Of a stretch of DNA of 64,000 nt, positions 1 to 10,219 are shown in pieces. The stretch's first letter is position 1; every line of letters begins with the position of its first letter. A program made the position numbers and the translations under genes. The notes beneath the pieces are model-generated. The model saw nothing but the letters and a program-made list of their open reading frames with translations. It had not been told where the DNA came from and searched no databases. This DNA comes from Obrimoposthia wandeli. Lineage: Eukaryota. The stretch spans positions 62,001 to 126,000 of the forward strand of contig CDROCS010005962.1 in assembly GCA_977020255.1 (NCBI GenBank), read 5' to 3'.

Positions 1-1
1 A

Positions 2-606
2 AGGCTTAATCGTTATCTAACTGAAATTAGCGATTTAGTCGCTTTAAACCCCGACGCCAAAGTCATTGATAGTACTTATTGGGAGTATATGGGAACTTCG
101 GACAGTGATGGCAATAGCCATATAACCATATTACACTTATTTAATAAACGTTGTTATGATGAATCCAAAAGCGCATTTTCGTACAATTTACGAAGCTGCT
201 GATACGCCATGCCTAGGTACTAAATTTGGGTATAAAACGAAAGAAGCCCAAATGTCAAATAAGCTTTAACCAACCACCTGTAGAAATCGAGTGTTACCCA
301 GAATCTTTATTGACCAATAAACGAGAGATATTTGAAATTACAGGGGTTGAGATTGATAAATATAAAGAAACAGTACCATTGGAAGTGTATAAGTACTTCG
401 AAATTGAGTATTTAACTTCACTAAAAACTGAATTAGCAGACGTTGTTTCGAGTGTGGAGGTTTTAGAGAGCCGAATGATGCAAGATTACTTAAAATTGGC
501 AGGTGTCCATTTTCAGGTATCTTTGATCTACTTAAAGGTTAAGCCATATAAAATCATGGATGTAGTACAAGCTTCTCTAAATACCCAAACTAAAAAGCAA
601 CTATAA
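2..606 (+). pseudogene. Hypothetical gene-cassette ORF(s), apparently broken (open 2-202 and 217/226-606)
   Basis: An open frame runs from the window edge to TGA 200-202, and a second frame runs 226-606. The stop codon of the second frame lies in the left end of the attC-like site, as is typical of integron cassettes. No family recognised. Confidence 0.35.
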
Positions 607-696
607 GTCATTTAAAAGGACAAAAAACAGTTGGCTTTTGCTCCTTCGTCGCTTATTTTAGCTAACAATTTTTTGTCTCTTATTTAGGCGTTGAGG
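602..696 (+). mobile_element. Degenerate integron attC-like recombination site
   Basis: Imperfect palindrome of ~95 bp (GACAAAAAACAGTTGGCT / AGCTAACAATTTTTTGTC) ending in GCGTTGAGG (GTTRRR core at 690-696). It starts at the stop codon of the upstream ORF. The left core reads TATAAG rather than TAAC. Confidence 0.7.
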
Positions 697-721
697 CTGT
701 ATAATTTATTCAAAGTGGAAA

Positions 722-838
722 ATGACGGATGAAATTTATGTTCGAAGAGCCTGTAAAAGTCATTTTATAGTAGAATATTGCCTCAGATTTCACGTAGAAA
801 TTACACAGACACCCATTCTAAAATTAATCCTTCCTTAA
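722..838 (+). pseudogene. Probable truncated next cassette ORF (MTDEIYVRRA...)
   Basis: ATG 722, 25 nt after the attC core, with GTGGAA upstream. The 38-codon frame runs through the GACACCCATTCTAAAA motif (808-823) and stops shortly after it. Confidence 0.35.
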
Positions 839-958
839 TTCCTCGTCAAAATAAGCGACATAGGAGAAAAAACTAACTGTTGTTTGTCCTTTCAAGTGAC
901 TTGTTATATTTTTTATACCATAATATATTATATCTAGGTACTTATGAGGTTTTATATT

Positions 959-1198
959 ATGGCTAAAAATACAAGCGTAACATTAGGCGATCACTTTGAT
1001 CAGTTTATAAACCAACAACTTAACACTGGCCGTTATGGCTCAGCAAGTGAAATTGTTAGAGCTGGATTAAGAGCTTTGGAAGACCAAGAGGCTAAGCTAT
1101 TAAATTTACGTAATATGCTAGTCCAAGGTGAACAAAGCGGTGTTGCCGAGTACAGCTATGAAAACCTATTAACAGAATTAGATAAAGATAACCATTAA
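959..1198 (+). CDS. parD: ParD-family (RHH) antitoxin
   Basis: MAKNTSVTLGDHFDQFI...GRYGSASEIVRAGLRALE is a typical ParD sequence. RBS GAGGT precedes ATG 959; the stop overlaps the toxin start. Confidence 0.92.
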   Translation: MAKNTSVTLGDHFDQFINQQLNTGRYGSASEIVRAGLRALEDQEAKLLNLRNMLVQGEQSGVAEYSYENLLTELDKDNH

Positions 1199-1491
1199 TG
1201 GAAAAGTTTGTATTATCTTCGAAAGCAAAAACAGACTTAATAAAAATAGCTAAATATACTCAAATAACGTGGGGACTTTCCCAGCGAAATGATTACCTTA
1301 AAGTATTAGATAATACGTTTCATTTATTGTCGGGTGATCCCGAGCTAGGCATTAACTGTGATTACATTAGAGAAGGCTATAGTAAATATCCGCAAGCTAG
1401 TCATGTAATTTATTACAAAGAATATAAGAACAACCAGATATTTATAGTGCGGATATTGCATAAAAGCATGGATGTTAACTCCGGACTCTAA
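1198..1491 (+). CDS. parE: ParE-family toxin
   Basis: LSSKAKTDLIKIAKYTQITWG...HVIYY...IVRILHKSMD pattern; translationally coupled to parD. Confidence 0.92.
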   Translation: MEKFVLSSKAKTDLIKIAKYTQITWGLSQRNDYLKVLDNTFHLLSGDPELGINCDYIREGYSKYPQASHVIYYKEYKNNQIFIVRILHKSMDVNSGL

Positions 1492-1659
1492 TAAAAATAT
1501 CAACTTTTATCAGGCCACCCATAATAACTTACCTATATTTCACCCCGTGTATTTACCATGGGTGGCAAAGTAAATGAATGAAGTAAATGATGTAAATGCC
1601 GCCAACCGTTAGCAGTAAAATCAAAGCTCACGGTTAACATCGGCTTTGATAAGGTAAAA

Positions 1660-1691
1660 AAAAGTGAGCACGGTTTAGGCGCTCACTTTTT
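1660..1691. terminator. Bidirectional intrinsic terminator
   Basis: AAAAGTGAGC-N-GCTCACTTTT hairpin with A and T tracts between convergent genes. Confidence 0.75.
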
Positions 1692-1788
1692 ATGACATTT
1701 TTACGATGGTTAATAATCTTACTTTAACAAAATCGTGCGATAGCCATTAAGCCGCTCTAAAACGGCTTATTAAGCTGATTATCAACGA

Positions 1789-2481
1789 CTATAAAGACAA
1801 TACCATTTTCGAATCAAGTTCGATGGCAGCATCTAGTGCGATTAAGATGTCTTTTCTTTCTTTTAACTTAGTGCCGTGATGCGCTTTCATATTCAATGTT
1901 AGCATTTGTTTAGCAACACTTTTCGCAGTTTCCATCAATTGCTCAGGTTCAACTAGCGTATCTAAAAACCCAGCTACAGCGGCTGTTTCAGGTGAGAATA
2001 ATTCGGCATTGATCACTGAACGGCTTAAATAGTTAATCGGTAGACGATTACGTGCAATCTCAATACCTGCTTGGTGCATGGTCATGCCAATAGCGACTTC
2101 GTTTAAGCCAATTTTAAACTGTCCTAAGCTGCCAATACGATGGTCACAACTTAATAACAAGAATGCGCCTTTAGCTATCGCGTGGCCAGTACATGCGCCA
2201 ATAATAGGGAAAGGAAATGACAACATACGACGTGATAATGTTGAACCGGCAGTAACCAAAGCTACCGCTGAATCTGAACTTTCTTTCATGGTTTTTAAGT
2301 CAAAACCACCAGAAAATATGCCCGGTTGGCCCGTTAAAATAACCACGGCACTAGCTGCTTCGGCTTGATCTAATGCGTCGTTTATTTCTGCAATTACCTG
2401 ATGAGAAATAGCGTTAACCTTGCCATTTTTAAGAGTGATTGTTGCAATTTGTTCGTTAATATCTAAATCGATTAATTCCAC
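1789..2481 (-). CDS. Crotonase/enoyl-CoA hydratase family protein
   Basis: GKVNAIS, FSGGFDL, GHAIAKGAFLLLSCDHRIG, IGLNEVAIG motifs; GTG start. Confidence 0.9.
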   Translation of the reverse strand: MELIDLDINEQIATITLKNGKVNAISHQVIAEINDALDQAEAASAVVILTGQPGIFSGGFDLKTMKESSDSAVALVTAGSTLSRRMLSFPFPIIGACTGHAIAKGAFLLLSCDHRIGSLGQFKIGLNEVAIGMTMHQAGIEIARNRLPINYLSRSVINAELFSPETAAVAGFLDTLVEPEQLMETAKSVAKQMLTLNMKAHHGTKLKERKDILIALDAAIELDSKMVLSL

Positions 2482-2520
2482 GGTAATTCCTAGTGTTATC
2501 TAATTTGTTTGAAATGGTTA

Positions 2521-3129
2521 CTAGCCTAAACTCGCTGCTTTTTGATAAGCAGGTCGCTGCTTAACATTCGCAAGGTAGGCTTTGGTGCTTGTTCTGTTTT
2601 CTAACAGGCCAAGACTGCCAGCTATTTCTAATAATATTGTCATCATAATATCAGCGGCACTAAAAGAATCACCAGCAAAATATGTACGTTGGCTTAAAAT
2701 ACTTTCAATATACGAAAAATCGAGCTGTATTTCTTTTGCGATATAGCCATCAAGAGGTTTTGTGCCGTCACGTGTTTCCATTGACATTAATAAGCTGCTG
2801 ATGATGGGTAAACTCAATGATCCTTCAGCAAAGTGTAACCATTCTAAATATTGATAATACTGCGGGCTATCAAGCTTAGGTCTTAATGTTTGATCACCGG
2901 CTTGATTAAGCAGGTATTCCATTATTGCGCCTGATTCACACAAGGTGATCTCGTTATCAACAATAACAGGAGCCTTAGCTAGCGGATGTACTTGCTTTAA
3001 ACTTTCAGGCGCTAAGTTTGTGACCGGATCTCGTTGATGGTTCACTACGTTATAAGGCGTATTAAGCTCTTCTAGTAACCAAATAACACGCGTTGAACGG
3101 GACTTATTTAAATGATGTATCGTTAGCAT
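2521..3129 (-). CDS. Glutathione S-transferase family protein
   Basis: SRSTRVIWLLEEL, HPLAKAPVI, ESGAIMEYL, FSAADI motifs. Confidence 0.93.
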   Translation of the reverse strand: MLTIHHLNKSRSTRVIWLLEELNTPYNVVNHQRDPVTNLAPESLKQVHPLAKAPVIVDNEITLCESGAIMEYLLNQAGDQTLRPKLDSPQYYQYLEWLHFAEGSLSLPIISSLLMSMETRDGTKPLDGYIAKEIQLDFSYIESILSQRTYFAGDSFSAADIMMTILLEIAGSLGLLENRTSTKAYLANVKQRPAYQKAASLG

Positions 3130-3245
3130 AATAATTCGGTGCCTTTTATGTTTTCTACCAATGTGTGTATTGACAATATAACTGACTACTCAGCTTAAAA
3201 TAACTTAAAAATAGTTATAATTTGTTGCCATGTTAATCAATAAAG

Positions 3246-4181
3246 CTAAGCAAGGTCAACGATACTGTCTTGTTTTTTATCTTTTTGTTTTAATTCGCTA
3301 CTTACTTTAGCGCGTAAAAAACGGACCAATATGCCGGCAGTAAATAGCATCACTAAAGTATAAATAGCCGGAGTGAACGACATTTTATAGTTTGCCAGTA
3401 AGGTAAGTGCCATAAACATGGATAACGTACTGTTTTGTAAACCAACTTCAATCGTAACCGAGGTAGTTTGCGCAGCATTTAAACCGAACCAACGGCTTGA
3501 ATAATAACCTAAAGCCATGGTGGAAATATTAAGAATAAGTGACACCGGACCTGCAGCGATAAATGCCGCAACCACAATATCTTGTTGAATATACGTTAAG
3601 AATATAATCAATAGCGTTAAAAATAATATACCAAAGCGTGAGACATGAATTTGTGTACTTTCGGCAAATTTAGGTGCATAAAACTTCACTAACATACCAA
3701 TAGCAATTGGCACTATGGTGAGTGTCATTAAACTGATCATCGTTTTGATTATCGGTAATTGAAATTCATTACCTGCACCCATGAAATGATGTAATGATAA
3801 ATTTAAGACCACCGGAATAGTAAATACAGTTACTAAGCTGGCAACAGCCGTCATAGTGACTGACAGTGCAACATCGCCTTTTGCTAAATGCGAAAACATA
3901 TTTGACGTTGTACCGCCTGGGCATAGTACTAATAACATAATACCAACAGCATATTCTGGCTCTAATTGCATAATATTAGCTAATGCAAAACCGATAACCG
4001 GTAGCAAGATCAGCTGGTTGAGTAATCCTACTGAGACTGCTTTTGGGTATTTAAGAACACGTTTAAAATCATTAGGCTTGAGAGAAAGCCCCATGCCCAT
4101 CATAATTAAAAATATGCAAATAGGGACCACTTTTGTATTGATCAAGGTAACTAATTCTGTGCCTTCCATATTCATCTCCAA
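3246..4181 (-). CDS. Bile acid:sodium symporter (BASS/SBF) family transporter
   Basis: MMGMGLSL, CPGGTTSN, KGDVALSV, EVGLQNSTL motifs; multiple TM helices. The start could be ATG 4169. Confidence 0.92.
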   Translation of the reverse strand: MEMNMEGTELVTLINTKVVPICIFLIMMGMGLSLKPNDFKRVLKYPKAVSVGLLNQLILLPVIGFALANIMQLEPEYAVGIMLLVLCPGGTTSNMFSHLAKGDVALSVTMTAVASLVTVFTIPVVLNLSLHHFMGAGNEFQLPIIKTMISLMTLTIVPIAIGMLVKFYAPKFAESTQIHVSRFGILFLTLLIIFLTYIQQDIVVAAFIAAGPVSLILNISTMALGYYSSRWFGLNAAQTTSVTIEVGLQNSTLSMFMALTLLANYKMSFTPAIYTLVMLFTAGILVRFLRAKVSSELKQKDKKQDSIVDLA

Positions 4182-4208
4182 TCATTTAATGTGTTAACTA
4201 ATAGCCGT

Positions 4209-5408
4209 CTATAAAGAAATTATTTGACCGGTATTAGCGTCAGAGTTGCCTGACAACACGCGTTGATAAATAGCGTCTATCTCGTGGCTATGGGGTGTGT
4301 GTTCTATTGTGATACTGCTTTGACAAAATTTAATGTAATTGAGCAAAGACAAACCTATTTGTTTCATTATTTCGTTTGTGCCCCAATCATCCATACGCTT
4401 TTTAAGTTGTGTTGGTGCAAAAAAAAACGTTGGCGTAGCGCCAGGTAATATTGGACTTTTGCTTAATTCATTTTGCGCTAATTCATTTTGTATTAAATCA
4501 TCATGGTGGGTAACACCGATACGGCATGAGTAACGCAGTTGCTCAGCAAAGTGATGATGTATAGTTGATAAAATACTTTGGCTGCCTGCCATATCAACCA
4601 CAATGGAGGCAATATTTGCATCTAAGGACGCTATCTCGTCATAACTGATAACTTGATCATAACAACCTAAACCGGCAACAAATTTACGATTAGCGGCTGA
4701 CGTTATGCCAACAGCAGGCATTACTCCTCGCTGCTTAATGGCGAAGGCGAGGGCGATACTGGTTTTACTTGATGCACTAGTGATTAAATACTGCGAGGCG
4801 CCAAAGTATTGATTCTCATCCATAAAGTCATCGACAAGCCAAGATGTAGTAAATAAACCACGTACGAGTATGTCAAAGTCTTCATTTTTGACAGAGTAAA
4901 AAGGATTCGCACTGACACGTTCAAATACTGAATAAAGTGGAGCAAGACCTTTTCGATAAGGACTTACATCAGAAAAACCATTGCTATTAACACGACCTGC
5001 TAGAATTTTTACGTGCGATGCCATTGGCATGAAGCCCCAAACTCTTTCTCCAATGTTAACTTGATCATTATTTGATGCGATCACATCAGCAAAGCCCATA
5101 ACGGGTAAACGTCCCCATTGATTATCACTTGCTGCTTCGGTTGGAAAAAAACGCCAATAACCTAAACTGTCACCGGCAACGCCATAACTGATGTTATTAG
5201 CCGTAAGGGCAAATTTATCTACTTTAAGCACTACCTCATTTTCAGACAATGTTTGTGTCAGGGGATATGTGGTTAAGCGTGTTTTTTGTAAGTTAGCTTT
5301 TTCAACTTCAAAAACCTGAACTTGTAATGGCTGATTATTGGTTATTGATGGTGTCGCTATCGATGCTGTAGTGATTGAAGCTGCAGTTAATTCCGTTTCA
5401 TTTGACAT
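4209..5408 (-). CDS. DUF2855-like protein (MDR-like oxidoreductase fold suspected)
   Basis: DKFALTANNISY, WGRLPVMGFA, LFTTSWL, ITSASSKT, FFFAP motifs recalled for DUF2855. Confidence 0.75.
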   Translation of the reverse strand: MSNETELTAASITTASIATPSITNNQPLQVQVFEVEKANLQKTRLTTYPLTQTLSENEVVLKVDKFALTANNISYGVAGDSLGYWRFFPTEAASDNQWGRLPVMGFADVIASNNDQVNIGERVWGFMPMASHVKILAGRVNSNGFSDVSPYRKGLAPLYSVFERVSANPFYSVKNEDFDILVRGLFTTSWLVDDFMDENQYFGASQYLITSASSKTSIALAFAIKQRGVMPAVGITSAANRKFVAGLGCYDQVISYDEIASLDANIASIVVDMAGSQSILSTIHHHFAEQLRYSCRIGVTHHDDLIQNELAQNELSKSPILPGATPTFFFAPTQLKKRMDDWGTNEIMKQIGLSLLNYIKFCQSSITIEHTPHSHEIDAIYQRVLSGNSDANTGQIISL

Positions 5409-5525
5409 TGCTTTGTCCTATTTACGTTATTGTTATTATATTGTCGTTTTTTATCTTGGCTTAACTTCTATAAAATCATCATATATCAAACGGTATTAGT
5501 GTTACTTTACACCGCCATATCCCCA

Positions 5526-6497
5526 TTAAGATCCGATGAATTGTTCAATAGCTTGGTTAATCTCGGGGGATTTTTCATGCATCAGCCAGTGGCTAGCATC
5601 ACTAAAGCGTTGAGTGCGACAATCAGGCACATATTGTTCAATACCGTTTAGATTGTCATTAACAAACGCTTGGTCATGTTCGCCCCATAAAATTAGTGTC
5701 GGCACATGTATTCTTATATTAGGAATTCTCATTTTGCTGAGATCGGAGACTTGAGCTAGGGTGTTTTTATTGTCGCCATCTTCTACATGGGCTGAGGCGT
5801 CATTACCAACAGCGAGTTGCGGCATAGCACGATAATATTGCAACATGCCGTTAATGGCATTCGGTTGTTGCCATACTTGCTGGTATCTCAGGATTTTTTC
5901 AACATCAAAAATATCAGCGTTTTCCGGCATCAACATTTTATCACTGAGATATTGATAATTATTCTGCGTTAATAAATTTTCCGCATCGGCGCTAATTAAC
6001 TGGTGAATATACTCACTCTTTTTCCGCTGAATTGGATTGTTAATCATTTCGCGGGTAAAAGTGCTTGGGTGTGCGGCATTTAAGATGACAAGCTTCGCAA
6101 TATACTGCGGGTAAAAAGCGGCTAGTGGCCAAGCTATTGCTCCACCCCAATCATGCGCGACTAAGTAGACTTTTTTTGTCGGGCTCACTGTTTGGATAAA
6201 TTTAGCAAAAAACTCGATTAAATGCGGAACTTGATAAAAGGCAATGTCTTCTGGCTTATCACTTAAGTTATAGCCGGGTAAATCAGGGGCAATAACATGA
6301 TGATCACGACAAAAGTAATCCAGCTGCGCTTGCCATGTTTGCCAGTACTCAGGAAAACCGTGCAGAAATAGAAAAGTAGGACCAAGCGTTTTCTTTGCTG
6401 AATTTGCGCCAGCTGATGTTGGCCCACCTGAAATATAATGAATATTAACATTATCAATCAGGGCATATTTGCTTTCAAATTCCATTGTGAGCACCAT
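5526..6497 (-). CDS. Alpha/beta hydrolase, epoxide hydrolase-like
   Basis: HGFPE oxyanion motif, HDWGG nucleophile Asp, YYRA, and C-terminal SHW His. Confidence 0.88.
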   Translation of the reverse strand: MVLTMEFESKYALIDNVNIHYISGGPTSAGANSAKKTLGPTFLFLHGFPEYWQTWQAQLDYFCRDHHVIAPDLPGYNLSDKPEDIAFYQVPHLIEFFAKFIQTVSPTKKVYLVAHDWGGAIAWPLAAFYPQYIAKLVILNAAHPSTFTREMINNPIQRKKSEYIHQLISADAENLLTQNNYQYLSDKMLMPENADIFDVEKILRYQQVWQQPNAINGMLQYYRAMPQLAVGNDASAHVEDGDNKNTLAQVSDLSKMRIPNIRIHVPTLILWGEHDQAFVNDNLNGIEQYVPDCRTQRFSDASHWLMHEKSPEINQAIEQFIGS

Positions 6498-6602
6498 CTT
6501 TAAGTGTGATTTTGAGTCATTAGTTATAAGCGCTATTGTTTTGGTCGAGCGTTAAGGTTAAATGTTAGGAGTCGCCTTAATGTAGACTACTCCACGATAA
6601 AG

Positions 6603-7265
6603 CTAACTAAAAAAGGCAACCGAATTTTCAAGTGTTTCGCGTTCCGTTCGGGTGTTATTGACGGCGGCATTTTCATCGGCGTAACCAAATGACATACCAA
6701 ACAAAATGCCGCGCTGCTCTGGTAAATTCAGTGCTTTTTTTACCGGATCAGGGAATTGTCCTAGTGCGCCTTGCATACAGCATGACAGTCCGTGTTCGGC
6801 CAGTATTAACGACAGAGTTTGCGCATATATACCCAGGTCGACGGCGCCCATAATGTCTAAATACTTATCCATAGTGAAAAAAGCAACGTGGGGAGCATCA
6901 AAGAACTGCCAATTACGTATCATCGCCATTTGACGGCCTTGTTTGTCTTCTCGGCTTACACCAATCGAACGGTAAAGCGCATTTGCTGAGCCAAATTGAC
7001 GATCACGATGTACGCCTTCATATTTAGGTAACCAATTAAAATCAGGGTTAGGCTTAGCGCCTTTCATTACCGTAGCGATTAAATCCGACTTTAATTGCTC
7101 TTTTTTCTCACCTGAAACAACACAAGTTTGCCAAGGTTGTACATTACAATTTGACGGTGCTTGCTGTGCTTGACTAAAAATAGTCTCCAATAACGCTTGA
7201 GGTACTGGTTTATCCAAATAAGCACGCACGGAATAACGTTTTTCTAATAGAGCAATCACTGACAT
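6603..7265 (-). CDS. Nitroreductase family protein
   Basis: RYSVRAY, APSNCNVQPW, FFDAP motifs. Confidence 0.9.
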   Translation of the reverse strand: MSVIALLEKRYSVRAYLDKPVPQALLETIFSQAQQAPSNCNVQPWQTCVVSGEKKEQLKSDLIATVMKGAKPNPDFNWLPKYEGVHRDRQFGSANALYRSIGVSREDKQGRQMAMIRNWQFFDAPHVAFFTMDKYLDIMGAVDLGIYAQTLSLILAEHGLSCCMQGALGQFPDPVKKALNLPEQRGILFGMSFGYADENAAVNNTRTERETLENSVAFFS

Positions 7266-7888
7266 AAGAAGACCTTTATAATTTATGAAATAAGTACGGC
7301 TAACGATTAATACCTTTGAAACGACTTTTTTAGTAAAACTGATGATGCTAGTTAAAGATCAAAAGTGAGTAGTAAAGTCAATATCAAAGCTAACCTAAAA
7401 GTAATAATTAAAACTATTAGTAACAGTAGCTTAAGTAAAAGTGTGTGTAATTTAATATAAGACTTATGCTAAAGCCGATATTTTTATAAGACCAATGAAT
7501 AATTATAATGGCTTCGTATTCGTAGAACATATAGTTATGCGTACAGTAAAGCGAAAGAGTTACCCCTTTTATAACTGTTTCGTTTGAAAATGCGGGTTTA
7601 AGCCTGTAGAGAAAGGGGGGAGCTGTTGTTAAAGTAGGACATAAGTCAGTAATAACGCTTGATTGTTTTGATAACTCATATACTTATACCTTTGCGTTAG
7701 ATCGTGCATCTTTGAAAAAAAAGATGCCTAAATTGCAGGCATAAACATTAAATTTAACGATACCCTATTTGACCATACGCCCGCAATAAAAGACTGTTCG
7801 CAGCATTCTTCTACGCTAACGTAACTCTGATCACTGAAATCTTATGGTTGATATCGAACCACCATAGGCATTTAAAAAGCCAACAACA

Positions 7889-7950
7889 TCTTGACGATGG
7901 TCAAATAAAGAGAAGATCTATCTTGACAGTAGTCAAATTATAGATATATT
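7889..7950 (+). promoter_or_regulatory. Tandem palindromic operators TCTTGAC-N4-GTCAAAT overlapping a sigma70-like promoter
   Basis: Copies at 7889-7906 and 7921-7938. The second contains TTGACA (7923-7928), with TATATT at 7945-7950 after a 16-bp spacer. Confidence 0.6.
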
Positions 7951-8309
7951 TGTTGTGCTCGCTGTATACGAATATGTAATAGAGTGTGATAAAAAATATT
8001 CATTTGTTTTATATCTCGCCGATGATTAGCATAGGATTATGTGATTTTACAACGATGAATCAACAACGACGGTTGAATTATCCGCATGAAGCATTACGCT
8101 CATTAAAGCGTGTTTAATCGTCATGTGTGTTTTGTATCATCAAAATTATTAATAATAAGTAATCCCGAACGTTCAGCAGACCGTACTGATAATTGAACTA
8201 GGTGAAAATATGTTTCAAGTAGTTCAGTTATAAAAATACTGATGATGTTAATCGGTATTAATAAAAGCTTAAAAAATGTTTGTCTAAAAAAATAATGTGG
8301 AGAGAGAAA

Positions 8310-10106
8310 ATGCCTGAGTACAAAGCCCCGATTAGAGATATAAAGTTTGTCATGAAAGAGTTGTTAGACTGCGACAAACATTATCAACAACTCGGTTACA
8401 CTGATGCCACTGAAGACATGGTAGATGCTATTCTTAGCGAAGCCGCTAAATTTACCGAGCAAGTTATCGCACCGATTAACCAAATTGGCGACCAACAAGG
8501 TTGTACATGGAAAGATGGCGTAGTAACTACACCTGATGGCTTTAAAGATGCCTACAAACAGTATGTTGATGGCGGCTGGCCGACGTTATCACAAAGCGTA
8601 GAGTTTGGCGGACAAGGCTTACCACACTCATTAAATGGCGCGATCAGCGAAATGATGTCAGCAGCTAACCATAGTTTTGCTATGTATCCTGGTTTAAGCC
8701 ATGGCGCATTAGCAACTATTGAAGCGCATGGCACAGAAACACAAAAACAACAGTTCATGCCTAACCTTGTTGAAGGTAGCTGGACAGGTACTATGTGTTT
8801 AACAGAGCCACATTGTGGTACTGATTTAGGCATGCTACGTACGAAAGCAGAAATAAATGATGATGGCAGTTATTCATTAACCGGTACCAAAATATTTATT
8901 TCAGCCGGTGAACATGATTTATCAGATAATATCGTTCACATAGTAATCGCACGAATTCCTGGCTCGCCTGAAGGCAGCAAAGGTATTTCTCTTTTCATCG
9001 TACCAAAATTCAATGTTAATGATGACGGCACTATTGCTGACAGAAACGGCGTTAGCTGTGGCTCTATTGAACACAAAATGGGCATCAACGCGAATGCGAC
9101 CTGTGTTATTAATTTTGATAGCGCTAAAGGTTACCTGATTGGTGAAGTTAATCGTGGTTTAAATTGCATGTTTACCTTTATGAATGCGGCACGTTTAGGC
9201 GTAGCACTTGAAGGTACGGCAGCAACTGAAGCATCTTTTCAAGGTGCATTAGCTTACGCAAAAGATCGTTTGCAAATGCGTTCAATTAGCGGTGTTAAAA
9301 ACCCTGACGGTCCAGCTGATCCTATTATTGTTCATCCTGATGTACGTCGTATGTTATTAACGCAAAAATCTATTGCGGAAGGTGGCCGAGCGCTTATCGG
9401 TTACTTATCACAGTTGGTTGATATAACACATGTTGAAAAAGACGAGGCTAAAAGAGCTCAAGCAGATACAACACTTGCCTTATTAACACCGATAGCAAAA
9501 GCGTTGTTAAGTGAACTAGGTTTTGAATGTACTAGTCACGGTGTACAAATTTTCGGTGGCCACGGCTTTATTAAAGAGTGGGGCATGGAACAATTAATGC
9601 GTGATACTAAAATCAGTTGTTTATATGAAGGCACTACGGGTATTCAAGCATTAGATTTACTTGCACGTAAAGTGTTAGGTAGCAAAGGCACTATATTACA
9701 ACCGTTCATGATGGATGTTGGCGCATTCTGCCAAGAAAATGCCGGTAATCCAGCCATGGCACAGCATGTACAAGCATTAGGCGCTTATTGTCAGCAGTGG
9801 CAAAAAATAACTGCTGATGTTGGTAAAAAAGCGATGAGCAATGCTGATGAAATTGGTGGCGCTTCAGTTGATTACTTAATGTTTGCGGGTTACGTTACAT
9901 TAGCTTACTTCTGGGCGAAAATGGCAGCGGTGGCACTTAAAAAATTAGAAAGCGATACTGAAGATAAAGCTTTCTATCAAGCAAAACTTCACACTTGTGA
10001 GTTTTACTTTAAACGCATACTGCCACGTGCTCAAGGGCATGCCGCTTGTATCGAAGGTGGTGTTGATTCAATGATGGCACTATCGAGTGATGATTTTTCT
10101 TTTTAA
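8310..10106 (+). CDS. Acyl-CoA dehydrogenase (long type with C-terminal domain)
   Basis: MPEYKAPIRD start after GGAGAG; MCLTEPHCGTDL, GTKIFIS, EHKMGI, FGGHGFIKEWG, YEGTTGIQ motifs. Confidence 0.95.
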   Translation: MPEYKAPIRDIKFVMKELLDCDKHYQQLGYTDATEDMVDAILSEAAKFTEQVIAPINQIGDQQGCTWKDGVVTTPDGFKDAYKQYVDGGWPTLSQSVEFGGQGLPHSLNGAISEMMSAANHSFAMYPGLSHGALATIEAHGTETQKQQFMPNLVEGSWTGTMCLTEPHCGTDLGMLRTKAEINDDGSYSLTGTKIFISAGEHDLSDNIVHIVIARIPGSPEGSKGISLFIVPKFNVNDDGTIADRNGVSCGSIEHKMGINANATCVINFDSAKGYLIGEVNRGLNCMFTFMNAARLGVALEGTAATEASFQGALAYAKDRLQMRSISGVKNPDGPADPIIVHPDVRRMLLTQKSIAEGGRALIGYLSQLVDITHVEKDEAKRAQADTTLALLTPIAKALLSELGFECTSHGVQIFGGHGFIKEWGMEQLMRDTKISCLYEGTTGIQALDLLARKVLGSKGTILQPFMMDVGAFCQENAGNPAMAQHVQALGAYCQQWQKITADVGKKAMSNADEIGGASVDYLMFAGYVTLAYFWAKMAAVALKKLESDTEDKAFYQAKLHTCEFYFKRILPRAQGHAACIEGGVDSMMALSSDDFSF

Positions 10107-10167
10107 TGGTTATGACTTCAAGCTTAAGTATTAGCTTTGAGATTTAGCTTTAAAAGTTAAATATTTA

Positions 10168-10219
10168 GAATAAAAGTAAAGGCGATGTATTACTAATTTT
10201 GTAATGCATCGCCTTTTTA
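10168..10219 (+). terminator. Intrinsic terminator after acyl-CoA dehydrogenase
   Basis: AAAGGCGATG...CATCGCCTTTTT hairpin followed by a T run. Confidence 0.7.
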
